Shown one piece after another: positions 19,438-29,465 of a DNA stretch of 64,000 bases. Source of the DNA: Steroidobacteraceae bacterium (GTDB taxonomy: Bacteria; Pseudomonadota; Gammaproteobacteria; Steroidobacterales; Steroidobacteraceae); contig DATNDE010000019.1 of NCBI GenBank assembly GCA_035553315.1, positions 316-64,315 of the forward strand. The letters run 5' to 3'. Position 1 is the first letter of the stretch. Every line of letters begins with the position of its first letter. The position numbers and the translations under genes were made by a program. The notes beneath the pieces were generated by a model that searched no databases, was not told the DNA's origin, and worked only from the letters and a program-made list of their open reading frames with translations.

Positions 19438-20202
19438 GTGCGTTTGACCCGCTGCTTCGTGTCCGAGCCGCTCCGCGCGCAGAGCGTCGTGCGTCTGCCG
19501 CAAGCCGCGGCCGTACACATCCGCCGCGTGCTGCGCCTGCGCGCCGGCGCCGAGCTCATCTTATTTGATGGTCACGGCGGGGAGTACGCGGCCACCCTCA
19601 CGGAAGGTGAGCCGCCGCGCGCGCAACTCGGCGCCCACCGGCAGATCGAGCGCGAGGCGCCGCTGCCGGTCACGCTGCTGCAGGGCCTGGCGCGCGGCGA
19701 GCGCATGGATTGGATCGTGCAGAAGGCCACTGAGTTGGGCGCGGCGGCGATCGCACCGGTGGCCAGTCGCTACAGCGTGGTGCAGCTCGAGGCGGCCGCG
19801 GCCGCGCGCCGTCTGGCCCACTGGCAAGCGGTAGCGATCGGTGCCTGCGAACAGTGCGGCCGTAACCGGCTGCCGCTCGTCCACCCGCTGCGCGAGCTGC
19901 CCGCCGCCTGCGCCGAGGTCGACGCGACGCTGCGTCTGCTGCTCGCGCCGGACGCGGACAGCTCGCTGCCTGAGCGGCTCGCGGCGGCGCTGGTGCCCGG
20001 CGGCACTGCGCCGTCCATCGCGCTGCTGGTCGGACCCGAAGGGGGACTGGCCGATGAGGAGATCGAGCTCGCCCGTCGGGCTGGCTTCACTGCCTGCACG
20101 CTGGGGCCGCGTACGCTGCGCACCGAGACGGCGCCGCTTGCCGCGCTCGCTGCGATTCAAACAGTCGCGGGGGATTTTCGCCGGCCAATTGGTTTAAGGT
20201 AG
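19438..20202 (+). CDS. rsmE: 16S rRNA (uracil1498-N3)-methyltransferase
   Basis: The GTG start gives VRLTRCFV... as in RsmE. The C-terminal LLVGPEGGLADEEI...LGPRTLRTETA SPOUT motif is present. Confidence 0.8.
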   Translation: MRLTRCFVSEPLRAQSVVRLPQAAAVHIRRVLRLRAGAELILFDGHGGEYAATLTEGEPPRAQLGAHRQIEREAPLPVTLLQGLARGERMDWIVQKATELGAAAIAPVASRYSVVQLEAAAAARRLAHWQAVAIGACEQCGRNRLPLVHPLRELPAACAEVDATLRLLLAPDADSSLPERLAAALVPGGTAPSIALLVGPEGGLADEEIELARRAGFTACTLGPRTLRTETAPLAALAAIQTVAGDFRRPIGLR

Positions 20203-20227
20203 CGCGCATCTTACCGAGGACGAGCTC

Positions 20228-21352
20228 ATGGCCAATCCGCTGCAACAACTGGCCGCTCTCGGCCAGTCCGTCTGGCTCGACTACATCCATCGCGATCTGT
20301 TCAGCGATGGGCGGCTGCGCCGCCTGATCGACGAGGATGCCCTGACCGGCATGACCTCCAATCCCGCCATCTTCGAGAAGGCCATCGGCGCCGGCCACTC
20401 CTATGATCAGCAGGTGGACGAGCTGGCGCGGGCGGGAAGCAGCGCCAATGAGATCTACGAGGCGGTGTCGCAAAGCGATGTGCAGCATGCCGCCGACGAG
20501 TTGCGACGCGTTTACGATGCGACGCGCGGCGAGGATGGCTACGTCAGCCTGGAGGTCAGCCCGCACCTGGCGCGCGATCAGGCCGGTAGCATCGCGGAAG
20601 GCAGGCGCCTGTGGGCGGCGCTGCAGCGGCCGAACGCCTACATCAAGGTGCCGGCGACCAAGGAGGGACTCGGCGCCATCCGCACGCTGATCAGCGACGG
20701 CATCAACGTCAACGTCACGCTGCTGTTCTCCCTGCCGCGCTATCAGGAGGTGATGGACGCGTACCTCGCAGGTCTGGAGCAGCGCCTCGCCGCCGGCGGC
20801 TCGATCGACAAGGTCAGTTCCGTCGCGAGCTTTTTCATCAGCCGCATCGACGCCATGGTCGATCCGATACTCGAGGCGCGCCTGCGTGCCGGCAAGGATG
20901 CCGAGGCACAGGAGGCCTTCGGCGAGGTCGCCATCGCCTGCGGCAAGCTTGCCTACAACATCTATCAGCAGACCTTTGCCTCCGAGCGCTTTCAGCGCCT
21001 CGCCGCGCGCGGCGCGCGCGTGCAGCGGCTGCTGTGGGCAAGCACCAGCACCAAGAATCCCAAGTACAGCGATGTGAAGTACGTCGAGGCACTGCTCGGG
21101 CCGCGCACCATCGACACCATGCCGCTCGAGACACTCGAGGCTTATCGTGATCACGGCAAGCCGCAGGCGCGCCTGGGCGAGGGGCTGACGCAGGCGCGAG
21201 ATATTTTCGAGAGTCTGCCTGCCCTCGGCGTGGACATCGATGCCGTCTGCCGCAAGCTCGAGGAGGAAGGCATCGACAAGTTCAACCAGCCCTTCGATAA
21301 GCTGCTGCAGAAAATCCAGGCGCAGATGGCGCGCGCCACGCGCAGCGGCTGA
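20228..21352 (+). CDS. tal: Transaldolase (long form)
   Basis: GQSVWLDYI, MTSNPAIFEKAI and YIKVPATKEGL (active-site Lys region). Confidence 0.9.
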   Translation: MANPLQQLAALGQSVWLDYIHRDLFSDGRLRRLIDEDALTGMTSNPAIFEKAIGAGHSYDQQVDELARAGSSANEIYEAVSQSDVQHAADELRRVYDATRGEDGYVSLEVSPHLARDQAGSIAEGRRLWAALQRPNAYIKVPATKEGLGAIRTLISDGINVNVTLLFSLPRYQEVMDAYLAGLEQRLAAGGSIDKVSSVASFFISRIDAMVDPILEARLRAGKDAEAQEAFGEVAIACGKLAYNIYQQTFASERFQRLAARGARVQRLLWASTSTKNPKYSDVKYVEALLGPRTIDTMPLETLEAYRDHGKPQARLGEGLTQARDIFESLPALGVDIDAVCRKLEEEGIDKFNQPFDKLLQKIQAQMARATRSG

Positions 21353-21362
21353 GGCGCCGGGC

Positions 21363-23336
21363 GTGCGCGTGCGGCAGGGCGCGGCAGGCTTGTTGCTGAC
21401 GGGGCTCGCCGCGCTGGCTGCAAGCACCTGGCCACTGCCGGCGCAGGCTCGCAACCTGCTCATCTTCGTGGCCGACGGCCTGCGGGCCGATTCGGTCAAT
21501 CCCGTGGATGCGCCCACCCTCAGCGCACTGGCGGCACGCGGCGTGCGCTTTGCCGACAGCCATGCGGTATTTCCGACCTTCACGACGCCGAACGCCGCAA
21601 CGATCGCAACCGGAGAATATCCGGGGCAGACCGGCGATTTCTCCAACTCGCTGTATGCAGGCTATCGCCTGTTCAACGCCGGCAACTACGCGCAGCGCAC
21701 TGCCAGCGCCACGCCCTTTCTGGAAAGCGATCTGGTACTCGGCGACCTCGACGATCACTACGCCGGCAATTTCCTTGGCGCCACGAGCCTGCTCGCGGCG
21801 GCGCGCGCGGCGGGCTACAGCACCGCTGCGATCGGCAAGCTCGGCCCGGTGGCGATTCAGGACGTCTCGCAGCTCGCCCCGCGGGGCGGGGATTTCCCTG
21901 TGCCGCAGACCATCTTCATTGACGATGCCACCGGCAGCGAGGCGGGCATCCCGTTGTCCCCTGAAGTGCGCGCGGCACTGGCTGGCGCGCAACTGCCGCC
22001 GCGGGCGCCGCCGCGGCTGCAACCGGCCGGCAATGCGCGCGTGCGCGGCACGGTGAATGCCAACTACGCACAGCAGATCTACTTCATCGAGGCGGCAACC
22101 CGCGCCGTGCTGCCGCTGCTGCGCCAGCGCGGCCGTCCCTTCGTGCTGCTGTACTGGTCGCGCGATCCGGATGGCACGCAGCACAACCAGGGCGACAGCC
22201 TCAATCGGCTGGTACCCGGCATCAACGGACCCACCTCCCATGAGGCGGTGCGCGACGCCGATGAGGACTTGCGTCAGCTGCTCGACGCTCTGGCGGCCGA
22301 TCCACGCATGGCGGCCGATACGGATGTGTTCGTCACCTCCGATCATGGCTTTGCGACGATCAGTAAACAGTCCATCGATGCCGGCGGCACGCCGACGCGC
22401 AGTCCCGCGGCGCTCGCGCACTACGCCGACGTGCCGGCGGGCTTCCTGCCGCCCGGCTTTCTGGCACTGGATCTCGCGGCCGCGCTCGATGCGCCGCTCT
22501 ATGACCCGGGCGATGCGGTCAAGGATGCGCACGGCAATCCGGCCTGGCGCCGCGTGGGCGCCGGTCAGCATCCACGCCAGGGCAACGGGCTCATCGGCGG
22601 CAGCGGCGCGGCGCTCGAGCGCACCGATGCGCAGCTGCTGGTGGCCGCCAACGGCGGCTCGGATCTCATTTATCTGCCGCGTCCCGATGCCTTGCTGGCG
22701 CGGCGCCTGGTGCAGATCCTGAGCGGCCTGGATTACGTCGGGGCGCTGTTCACGAACGATGTGCTCGGCCCGATCGAGGGGGCGCTGCCCTTCAGCAGCA
22801 TCGGCCTCACGGGCAGTGCGCGCCTGCCCGCCCCGGCCATCGTCGTCGCCTTCCGTCATTTCGCGCTGCCCGCCGCCGCCACCGGCATCCGTGATCCGCT
22901 ACTCGATGGTGTGCAGATCTCCGACACTGCCCTGCAGCAGGGACAGGGCAATCACGGCAGCTTCGGCCGCGACAATACCTTCAATTTCATGGCCGCGGCC
23001 GGCCCGGATTTTCGCACGCAATGGCGCGATGAGGCGCCGGCCGGCAATGCCGATATTGCCCCGACGTTGCTCGCGCTGCTCGGCCTACCCTGGCAACCGC
23101 AGGGCGCGCTGCACGGCCGGGTGCTCGCGGAGGCGCTCATCGGAGCGCACGCATCGGCCGTTCCCGGTGCCGAGTACTGTCTGGCGATGTCGGCGCCGTT
23201 GGCCAACGGGCGGCGCACGCTGCTCTCCTACGAGCGCGTCGCGGACAGTCTCTACCTCGACACCGCCGATTTCCGCGCGGCGCAGGCGCGCGAGCGGACG
23301 GGCTGCCAAGCCGGCAAGCGCGGCCGTTCGCACTGA
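21363..23336 (+). CDS. Secreted alkaline-phosphatase superfamily enzyme (nucleotide pyrophosphatase/phosphodiesterase-like)
   Basis: Signal peptide, FVADGLRAD, a Thr-nucleophile motif PTFTTPNAATIATG, VTSDHGF and GNHGS. GTG start at 21363 or 21369. Confidence 0.7.
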   Translation: MRVRQGAAGLLLTGLAALAASTWPLPAQARNLLIFVADGLRADSVNPVDAPTLSALAARGVRFADSHAVFPTFTTPNAATIATGEYPGQTGDFSNSLYAGYRLFNAGNYAQRTASATPFLESDLVLGDLDDHYAGNFLGATSLLAAARAAGYSTAAIGKLGPVAIQDVSQLAPRGGDFPVPQTIFIDDATGSEAGIPLSPEVRAALAGAQLPPRAPPRLQPAGNARVRGTVNANYAQQIYFIEAATRAVLPLLRQRGRPFVLLYWSRDPDGTQHNQGDSLNRLVPGINGPTSHEAVRDADEDLRQLLDALAADPRMAADTDVFVTSDHGFATISKQSIDAGGTPTRSPAALAHYADVPAGFLPPGFLALDLAAALDAPLYDPGDAVKDAHGNPAWRRVGAGQHPRQGNGLIGGSGAALERTDAQLLVAANGGSDLIYLPRPDALLARRLVQILSGLDYVGALFTNDVLGPIEGALPFSSIGLTGSARLPAPAIVVAFRHFALPAAATGIRDPLLDGVQISDTALQQGQGNHGSFGRDNTFNFMAAAGPDFRTQWRDEAPAGNADIAPTLLALLGLPWQPQGALHGRVLAEALIGAHASAVPGAEYCLAMSAPLANGRRTLLSYERVADSLYLDTADFRAAQARERTGCQAGKRGRSH

Positions 23337-23384
23337 GTGTGAGTCACCAGGCCGCACGCCGGGGCTCGAGCGCAGCGCTACGCG

Positions 23385-23873
23385 CTACAACAGCTCCCGC
23401 TCGCTGGTCACGCTCGTCTCCTCGGCGACCATGATCTCCAGTCGCTCCAGATCCGGCACCCAGGGGGTCTCATTGAGCAAACGCACCTGGCAGATCACCG
23501 GCGTGCGCTCGGGAAAGCTGCGCGAGTTATCCGGGCGAACGACATCGCTACCGACGCGCACCAGCTGCGGAAAGCCCTGCGATACGATCGCGACGTAACC
23601 GGCTTCCAGCCGCCCGAGTAGCGCATGAAACACCACGATGCGCGAGCGGCTGCTCGGCGCGGGCGTTGCCATGCCGCAGACCCCCTCGAAGGAGACCAGC
23701 GGCAGGGAACGGGCGTTCCAATTGACGATGCCCAGATACCAGGGCGGCGTGCCTTCGACGGGCGTGGGGGCCTGATAGCCGATGACCTCTCCCACGCAGG
23801 CGCGCGGCACCAGCACGCGCGCATCGGCGAGCGGGATCAGCAGGCTGTACACCTCGGCGACGCGCTCGGCCAT
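23385..23873 (-). CDS. chpC: CheW-like coupling protein (ChpC-like)
   Basis: 162 aa CheW fold (LLIPLADARVLVP...WYLGIVNWNARSLPLVSFE). It lies 6 nt downstream of chpA. Confidence 0.75.
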   Translation of the reverse strand: MAERVAEVYSLLIPLADARVLVPRACVGEVIGYQAPTPVEGTPPWYLGIVNWNARSLPLVSFEGVCGMATPAPSSRSRIVVFHALLGRLEAGYVAIVSQGFPQLVRVGSDVVRPDNSRSFPERTPVICQVRLLNETPWVPDLERLEIMVAEETSVTSERELL

Positions 23874-23879
23874 GATCGA

Positions 23880-26800
23880 TCAGCCGGACGAGGCGCGCTG
23901 CGTCTGGGCGCGGCGCGCCACCAGCGGCGCAATCGCATCGATCAGCTGGCTCTCCTGGTAGGGTTTGCCCAGGTAGTCATCTACGCCGAGTTCGATCGCG
24001 CGAGCGCGATGCTTCTCGCCCACGCGCGATGTAATCATGATGATCGGTATATCCGCGAGGCGTGGATCGGCTCGCACATGCGCCGCCACCTCGTAGCCGT
24101 CCATGCGTGGCATCTCGATGTCCAGCAGGATGATATCCGGGATGTGCTCGGCCAGCATCGCCACGGCATCCATGCCGTCGCGCGCAGTCATGACGCGCAT
24201 GCCGTTGCGCTCGAGCAGTCGCTGCGTGACGCGCCTGACCGTGATCGAATCATCCACCACCAGCGCGAAGGTGCGCCGGTCGACCTTGTCGCGCGGCACG
24301 GTGGGCGCGGCACGGCCGCGCCACTCGGCGCGTACCAGGGCACCGATGTCCAGGATGATCACGATGCGCCCATCCCCGAGGATGGTCGCGCCCGAGATGC
24401 CGCGAATGCCGGAGATCTGCGGCCCCACGGGCTTCACGACGATCTCGCGGCTGCCGATCAGCTCGTCGGCCACCAGGCCCGTGGAGTGCTCGCCGGCGCG
24501 CACCAGCACCACCGGGATCGTCACGTCCTGCTCAGGCAGCGGCGAGGACTCCATGCCCACGTAGTTCGCCAGCGGCTGCAGTCGGTACTTGTGCGTGCCG
24601 TAGCTGAAGCTCGCGCTGTCGGCGCGCAGGTGTGCGGCCACCTCGTCGCGCGTCAGGCGCACGACGCCCTCCACCGTGGGCAGCGGCAGTGCGTAGTACT
24701 CATCGCCGGTGCGCACCACCAGTGCGTGGCTGATCGCGAGCGTGAAGGGCAGTCGGATCGTGAAGCGCGTGCCCGCACCCGGCGTGCTCTCCATGTGCAG
24801 CGCCCCGCCGAGCTTTTTAATCTCCACGGCCACGACGTCCATGCCCACGCCGCGGCCGGCCTGTTGCGTCAGTGTGCTGGCCGTGGAAAAGCCGGGCTCG
24901 AGCACCAGCTGCATCACATCCTCGTCCGAGAGCGCCTGCTCCGCGCGGATCAGTCCGAGCGAGAGCCCCTTGGCGCGAATGGCCGCCAGATCCATACCGG
25001 CGCCGTCATCGGCGAGCTCGACGATAAATTCCGCGCCTTCGCGCTTGAGTGACAGCGTGATGCGCCCGGTCTCGTCCTTGCCGGCGGCGCGCCGCCGCTC
25101 CGGTGTCTCGATGCCATGGACCACGGCATTGCGCAGCATGTGCTCGAAGGGCGGCAGCATACGCTCGAGCACCTGCCGATCGAATTCACCGGCGGCACCC
25201 TCGACGATGAGCTCGGCGCGCTTGTCCGTATCGGCGGCCGCCTGACGCACGATGCGCCCGAGCCGCTGCACGTGGCGCTGGAAGGACACCATGCGGGTGC
25301 GCATCAGCCCGTTCTGCAGCTCAGTCACGGTGCGCGACTGCTGCTGCAGCAGGTTCTGCGCCTCGCCGATGAGATTCTCGAGCAGCCCCTGGATGCTCGC
25401 GACGTCGCTGGCCGATTCGGCCAGGGCGCGCGAGAACTGCTGAATCGATGAGTAGCGATCGAGCTCCAGTGGATCGAACTGCGCGCGATGACCGGGCTCG
25501 GAATCGTGCCGGTGCAGGATCTGCGCCTCGGTCTCGATCTCGAGCTTGCGCAGCTGCTCCTTCAGGCGCGTCACCGTGCGCGACAGCTCGCCAAGGTTGA
25601 ACTCGATCGAGCCGAGCTGCTGCTCGAGCCGCGCTCTGGCGATGCTGACTTCCCCGGCGCTGTTCAGCAGCGTATCCAGCAGCTCGGCGCTGACGCGTGC
25701 CATCTCGACACGGTCGGCGGCAACCATCGGCTCGCGGCCCGGTGGCAGGGGCGGAATTGTCGGCGTCGCGCCAGCCGCAGCCCGCTCCGGCACCGGCGGG
25801 GTGACTGCCGGAGTCGCTGGCGCCGATGGTGCAGGCGCACCTGCGGGCGACGCCGCGGGAGCAGATGCCGCTGCGGATGCGGATACGCGTGCAGGTGCGG
25901 GTGCAGATGGCGCGGCGGCGGTAACGACCCGCGGCGCCGAGGGGGCTTTGATAGGCGCCGCCGCGCTTGGGATCAGCGCAGGTTTGGGCGTCGCTTGGAC
26001 CGGCACCGGTTGCGCCGCGGGACGTGGGCCGGCGCCACTCATGGCGCGCAGCCGCGCGATCAGCTCGGGAGCCTCCGGTGTGGGACGGCCGCCGGCGATG
26101 GCTTCGCGCATGCGTGCCAGCTCATCGATGGCCTCCTGCGCCACCTCGCGCGCCTGCTCATCGGCGCTGCTGATACCGCTCTCGATGCGCGACACCAGGC
26201 TTTCCAGCTCGTGTGCGAGCTCGCCCATGGCGGACAGTCCCGCCATACGCGCACCGCCCTTCAGCGTATGCAGCGCGCGGCGCAGCGCGCCGACATGCTC
26301 GGTGTCCTGCGGCGCGGCGTTCCAGGCGGCGAGAGCCGATTCGGCGCTTTCCAGCAGCTCCACCGCCTCCTCGCCGAAGATCGCCGCGATCTCCGGATCG
26401 AGCTCGGCGCGCTCTCGGGCGCCCGGCTGGGCTGGTTCCTCGAGGGATACCTGCAGTGGCGGGGCCATGAGGCTCACGCTGCTGCGCGCCGTGAGCTCGG
26501 CATTCTCGGAAATGCGCCGCTCCAGGGCCTGGTCGGCGCGCGCGATGCGCGCTCGCAGCGTGTCGTGCACCACGAAAAAGCCCGTGGCTTCATCCAGGTG
26601 CGCCGCCACGCTCTGCATGGCGGTCATGCAGTCGCCCAACAGCTGCAGATCCGAATCGTCCAGTCCCACTCCACTGTCGAAGGACTTGCGCAGCCAGCGA
26701 TTGAGCGCCTCGGCCAGCCGCACTCCGTGACGTGCCTCGGCCATCGTCGAGCTGCCGACCAGCGTGTGACAGGCGCGGAACACGGGCTCGGGCAGCACGT

Positions 26801-29420
26801 GCGGCGCCGGCATGAGGCTCTCACGCTCGATCCAGGCGCGCACCGTGGCCACATGCCCGGCAGTCTCGCGCGCATAGATGTCGCGCAGGGCCTGATCGCC
26901 TTCGAGCGCGTGGCTGCCCGTCGGCGCCTCGGAGGAAATCTGCGCATCCGCGGCCTCGGGCAGCGGTCGCGCCACTGGCGCGGCCGGCGGCGCAGATGCG
27001 GATGTTGCCGCCGCGGGGCCTGCCGTGGCGGCACCGACCGAGCCGGTTGCGGGCGCTGCCGTCGAGGTGGCAGTGGGCTGCTCGCGTCCGCTGGCATAGG
27101 CATGCGCGCGCGCCACGAGCTGTGAGACGTCGGTGCCGCCCGGCGCGCCGGCGGCAAGCTCGGCCACCAGCTGCGGCATCAGGCCCACCGCGGTGCGCAG
27201 CACCTCCAGAATCGGCGGCGAGCGTTGCAGCGTGCCGTCGATGAGCCGGTTGAGCAGATTCTCCACCGCCCAGGCAAATTCGCTGATATGGCGCGCATTG
27301 ACCATGCGGCCACTGCCCTTGAGCGTGTGGAAGGAGCGGCGCACCGAGAGCAGCGCCTCGCTCTCGAGCGGATTCAGATCCCACACGGGGAAGCGCTGCT
27401 GAATCTTGGCCACCTCCTCGCTCGCCTCTTCGATGAACAGGCGCGTGAGCTCGGGATCCGGCAGCGTCGCCTCGTGCGTCGAGCTGGCCGCGGCGGCGGC
27501 GAGCACCGGCGGCTCGATCACCTCGGCCGGGCGGGCGATGCGTGCGGTCTGCCCCGCGGCATCCGCCGGCTCGGCTGCTCCCGAGGGCGGGCTCGCCGCG
27601 ACGCCCATATCCTGCAGCGCGTGCCGCGAGAGCGGCCCGGCCGTATCCTCGGCGCCCGGCGTCAGCAGCACCGTGCGTGTGTGCGTGCGCGCCGACAGCG
27701 GCACGACCGTCGGCACCACACGCTCGGGCGCGCGTGCCAGCGCATCCAGGCATGCGCGCGCATTATCGAGCATGTACCAGGGATCGCTGCGGCCGCTCTG
27801 CAGCGTCTCGATGTAATACTCGAGACTGACGATCGCATCGGCGAGTCGATCCAGGCTCTCGGGCGGCAGCGCCGTGCCACCCGGCTGCATCACGCGCTTC
27901 AGGTGCTGCGTGATGCCCTCGATGATCTCCACGGCGCGTGTCTTGCCGAGCATCAGCAGCCCGGCCTTGATGCCACGCATGAGCTCCGGCCAGTTATCGA
28001 AGCCCGCCGTATCCAGCGTCCCGCTGACGTTCTGCGCCACGTACTCCTTGACGCGTGCCAGATTCACGACGCATTCGCGCAGTACCGCCCCCTGCACCTG
28101 CTGGAAATCGTGGTCCTGCTCCTCGGTCTCCTCGGGGGCCTTCTTGCGCGGCAGAATCAGCCCGACGAGTTGATCATCCAGCCGATCCTCGACCTGGATG
28201 AGTCCCGCGGCGACCTGCACCAGCTCGGCCTCGCCGCTCGGCTCGCGGCCGGCGACCATGGCCTCCAGTCTCTGCGTCGCCTCCTGCACGCCGGCGCGCA
28301 GTTCGCCCAGCCCGAGTACCCCGAGCGTATCGCCGATCTTGCGCAGCAGGGCGACCTGGGGCGCAAGCTCCTCGGCGGCCTCCCCGCCCCGGCGCACGTA
28401 GATGTCCAGCACGTCCTTGACCTTGGAGAGGTCCTCGCGGATCGCCGCGGCCACCGTGTGCATCAGCTTGATCGAGGGCGCCGATAGGTTCTCGCGCTCC
28501 TGCTCCACCGATTCGTCCACCGGCAGCAGCTCGTTGAGGCGGAACGAGGCGCGCACGGCGGCCACGCGCGGACCGGAACTGCTCGAGCGCGCGATGTAAT
28601 AGAGCACGTTGTTCAGCAGCTCCACCGGCGGGTGCTGCGCGTAACGCGTCTCACCCTGCTCGTAGAGTCGCTTCAATTCCCGGTCAGCCAGTCCCAGCAG
28701 GCGCTTGACCGAGATGCTGCTCTCCACGCCGTTCTCGCGCAGCGCCTCGAGCAGTGCGCCGACGACCCACCAGAGCTGGAACACCGGCTGCGCGCTGGCC
28801 GCCTGCTCGAGCTTGCCGGCCACCGACGACAACGTCTCGAGGTGCTGCTCCGCGCGCTCGCCGCGGATCCAACCAATGAGCCCGGTCTGATAGCGCGAGC
28901 GCAGTCGCCGTGCCCACTGCGCGACACTCAGCGGCGCCTCGCCGGGAGCCGCCGGCAGCGGGGCCGGCTGTGCCTGCCGGTCGGATTTGAGATTCAGCAG
29001 CAGCAGCGTGCCTTCGGACAGCAGCGCACTGCCGCGCACCGCCCGCAGGTCATTGAGCAGCGGCAGCAGCACCAGCGCCAAGTCGCGACCGCCGGCGAGC
29101 ACGCGCTCCAGGTAGCCGGGCAGCTGCACCATGGCGCGCATCAGTGCATCGAGCGCCTCAGCCTGATTCTTGCGCTCGCTGCCCAGGGCAACGAGGTACT
29201 GCGCGACCTGCTCCATCTCCTCGGCCAGCAGCGCCGCTCCATAGATCTCCATCATGCGCAACACGCCCTGCACCTGATGCAGCTCGTCGCGGCAGCGCTC
29301 CAGCAGCGTCATGTTCTGCGGCTGCTCGACGTGCGTCTCGAGGGCAGTGCGCCCGTCGGCAAGCGCGGCGCTGATCTCGCGCGCCACCGTGTGCAGCGTT
29401 TGCGTGGCCAGATCGGTCAT
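23880..29420 (-). CDS. chpA: ChpA/PilL-type hybrid CheA histidine kinase (multiple Hpt domains, HATPase, CheW domain, C-terminal receiver)
   Basis: 1846 aa. Three clear Hpt motifs (FHTLKGSGRM, CHTLVGSSTM, LHTLKGGARM) plus degenerate N-terminal Hpt-like repeats. Also an Ala/Pro linker, a CheA dimerisation/ATPase region (HMLRNAVVHGIE, DDGAGMD, GRGVGMDVV), a CheW-like domain and a CheY-like receiver (VVDDS...DIEMPRMDG...K). Confidence 0.9.
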   Translation of the reverse strand: MTDLATQTLHTVAREISAALADGRTALETHVEQPQNMTLLERCRDELHQVQGVLRMMEIYGAALLAEEMEQVAQYLVALGSERKNQAEALDALMRAMVQLPGYLERVLAGGRDLALVLLPLLNDLRAVRGSALLSEGTLLLLNLKSDRQAQPAPLPAAPGEAPLSVAQWARRLRSRYQTGLIGWIRGERAEQHLETLSSVAGKLEQAASAQPVFQLWWVVGALLEALRENGVESSISVKRLLGLADRELKRLYEQGETRYAQHPPVELLNNVLYYIARSSSSGPRVAAVRASFRLNELLPVDESVEQERENLSAPSIKLMHTVAAAIREDLSKVKDVLDIYVRRGGEAAEELAPQVALLRKIGDTLGVLGLGELRAGVQEATQRLEAMVAGREPSGEAELVQVAAGLIQVEDRLDDQLVGLILPRKKAPEETEEQDHDFQQVQGAVLRECVVNLARVKEYVAQNVSGTLDTAGFDNWPELMRGIKAGLLMLGKTRAVEIIEGITQHLKRVMQPGGTALPPESLDRLADAIVSLEYYIETLQSGRSDPWYMLDNARACLDALARAPERVVPTVVPLSARTHTRTVLLTPGAEDTAGPLSRHALQDMGVAASPPSGAAEPADAAGQTARIARPAEVIEPPVLAAAAASSTHEATLPDPELTRLFIEEASEEVAKIQQRFPVWDLNPLESEALLSVRRSFHTLKGSGRMVNARHISEFAWAVENLLNRLIDGTLQRSPPILEVLRTAVGLMPQLVAELAAGAPGGTDVSQLVARAHAYASGREQPTATSTAAPATGSVGAATAGPAAATSASAPPAAPVARPLPEAADAQISSEAPTGSHALEGDQALRDIYARETAGHVATVRAWIERESLMPAPHVLPEPVFRACHTLVGSSTMAEARHGVRLAEALNRWLRKSFDSGVGLDDSDLQLLGDCMTAMQSVAAHLDEATGFFVVHDTLRARIARADQALERRISENAELTARSSVSLMAPPLQVSLEEPAQPGARERAELDPEIAAIFGEEAVELLESAESALAAWNAAPQDTEHVGALRRALHTLKGGARMAGLSAMGELAHELESLVSRIESGISSADEQAREVAQEAIDELARMREAIAGGRPTPEAPELIARLRAMSGAGPRPAAQPVPVQATPKPALIPSAAAPIKAPSAPRVVTAAAPSAPAPARVSASAAASAPAASPAGAPAPSAPATPAVTPPVPERAAAGATPTIPPLPPGREPMVAADRVEMARVSAELLDTLLNSAGEVSIARARLEQQLGSIEFNLGELSRTVTRLKEQLRKLEIETEAQILHRHDSEPGHRAQFDPLELDRYSSIQQFSRALAESASDVASIQGLLENLIGEAQNLLQQQSRTVTELQNGLMRTRMVSFQRHVQRLGRIVRQAAADTDKRAELIVEGAAGEFDRQVLERMLPPFEHMLRNAVVHGIETPERRRAAGKDETGRITLSLKREGAEFIVELADDGAGMDLAAIRAKGLSLGLIRAEQALSDEDVMQLVLEPGFSTASTLTQQAGRGVGMDVVAVEIKKLGGALHMESTPGAGTRFTIRLPFTLAISHALVVRTGDEYYALPLPTVEGVVRLTRDEVAAHLRADSASFSYGTHKYRLQPLANYVGMESSPLPEQDVTIPVVLVRAGEHSTGLVADELIGSREIVVKPVGPQISGIRGISGATILGDGRIVIILDIGALVRAEWRGRAAPTVPRDKVDRRTFALVVDDSITVRRVTQRLLERNGMRVMTARDGMDAVAMLAEHIPDIILLDIEMPRMDGYEVAAHVRADPRLADIPIIMITSRVGEKHRARAIELGVDDYLGKPYQESQLIDAIAPLVARRAQTQRASSG

Positions 29421-29465
29421 GGCGTGGCGCTTGAAAGTATCTGCAGGGTTCCCCGGTGCTCCACG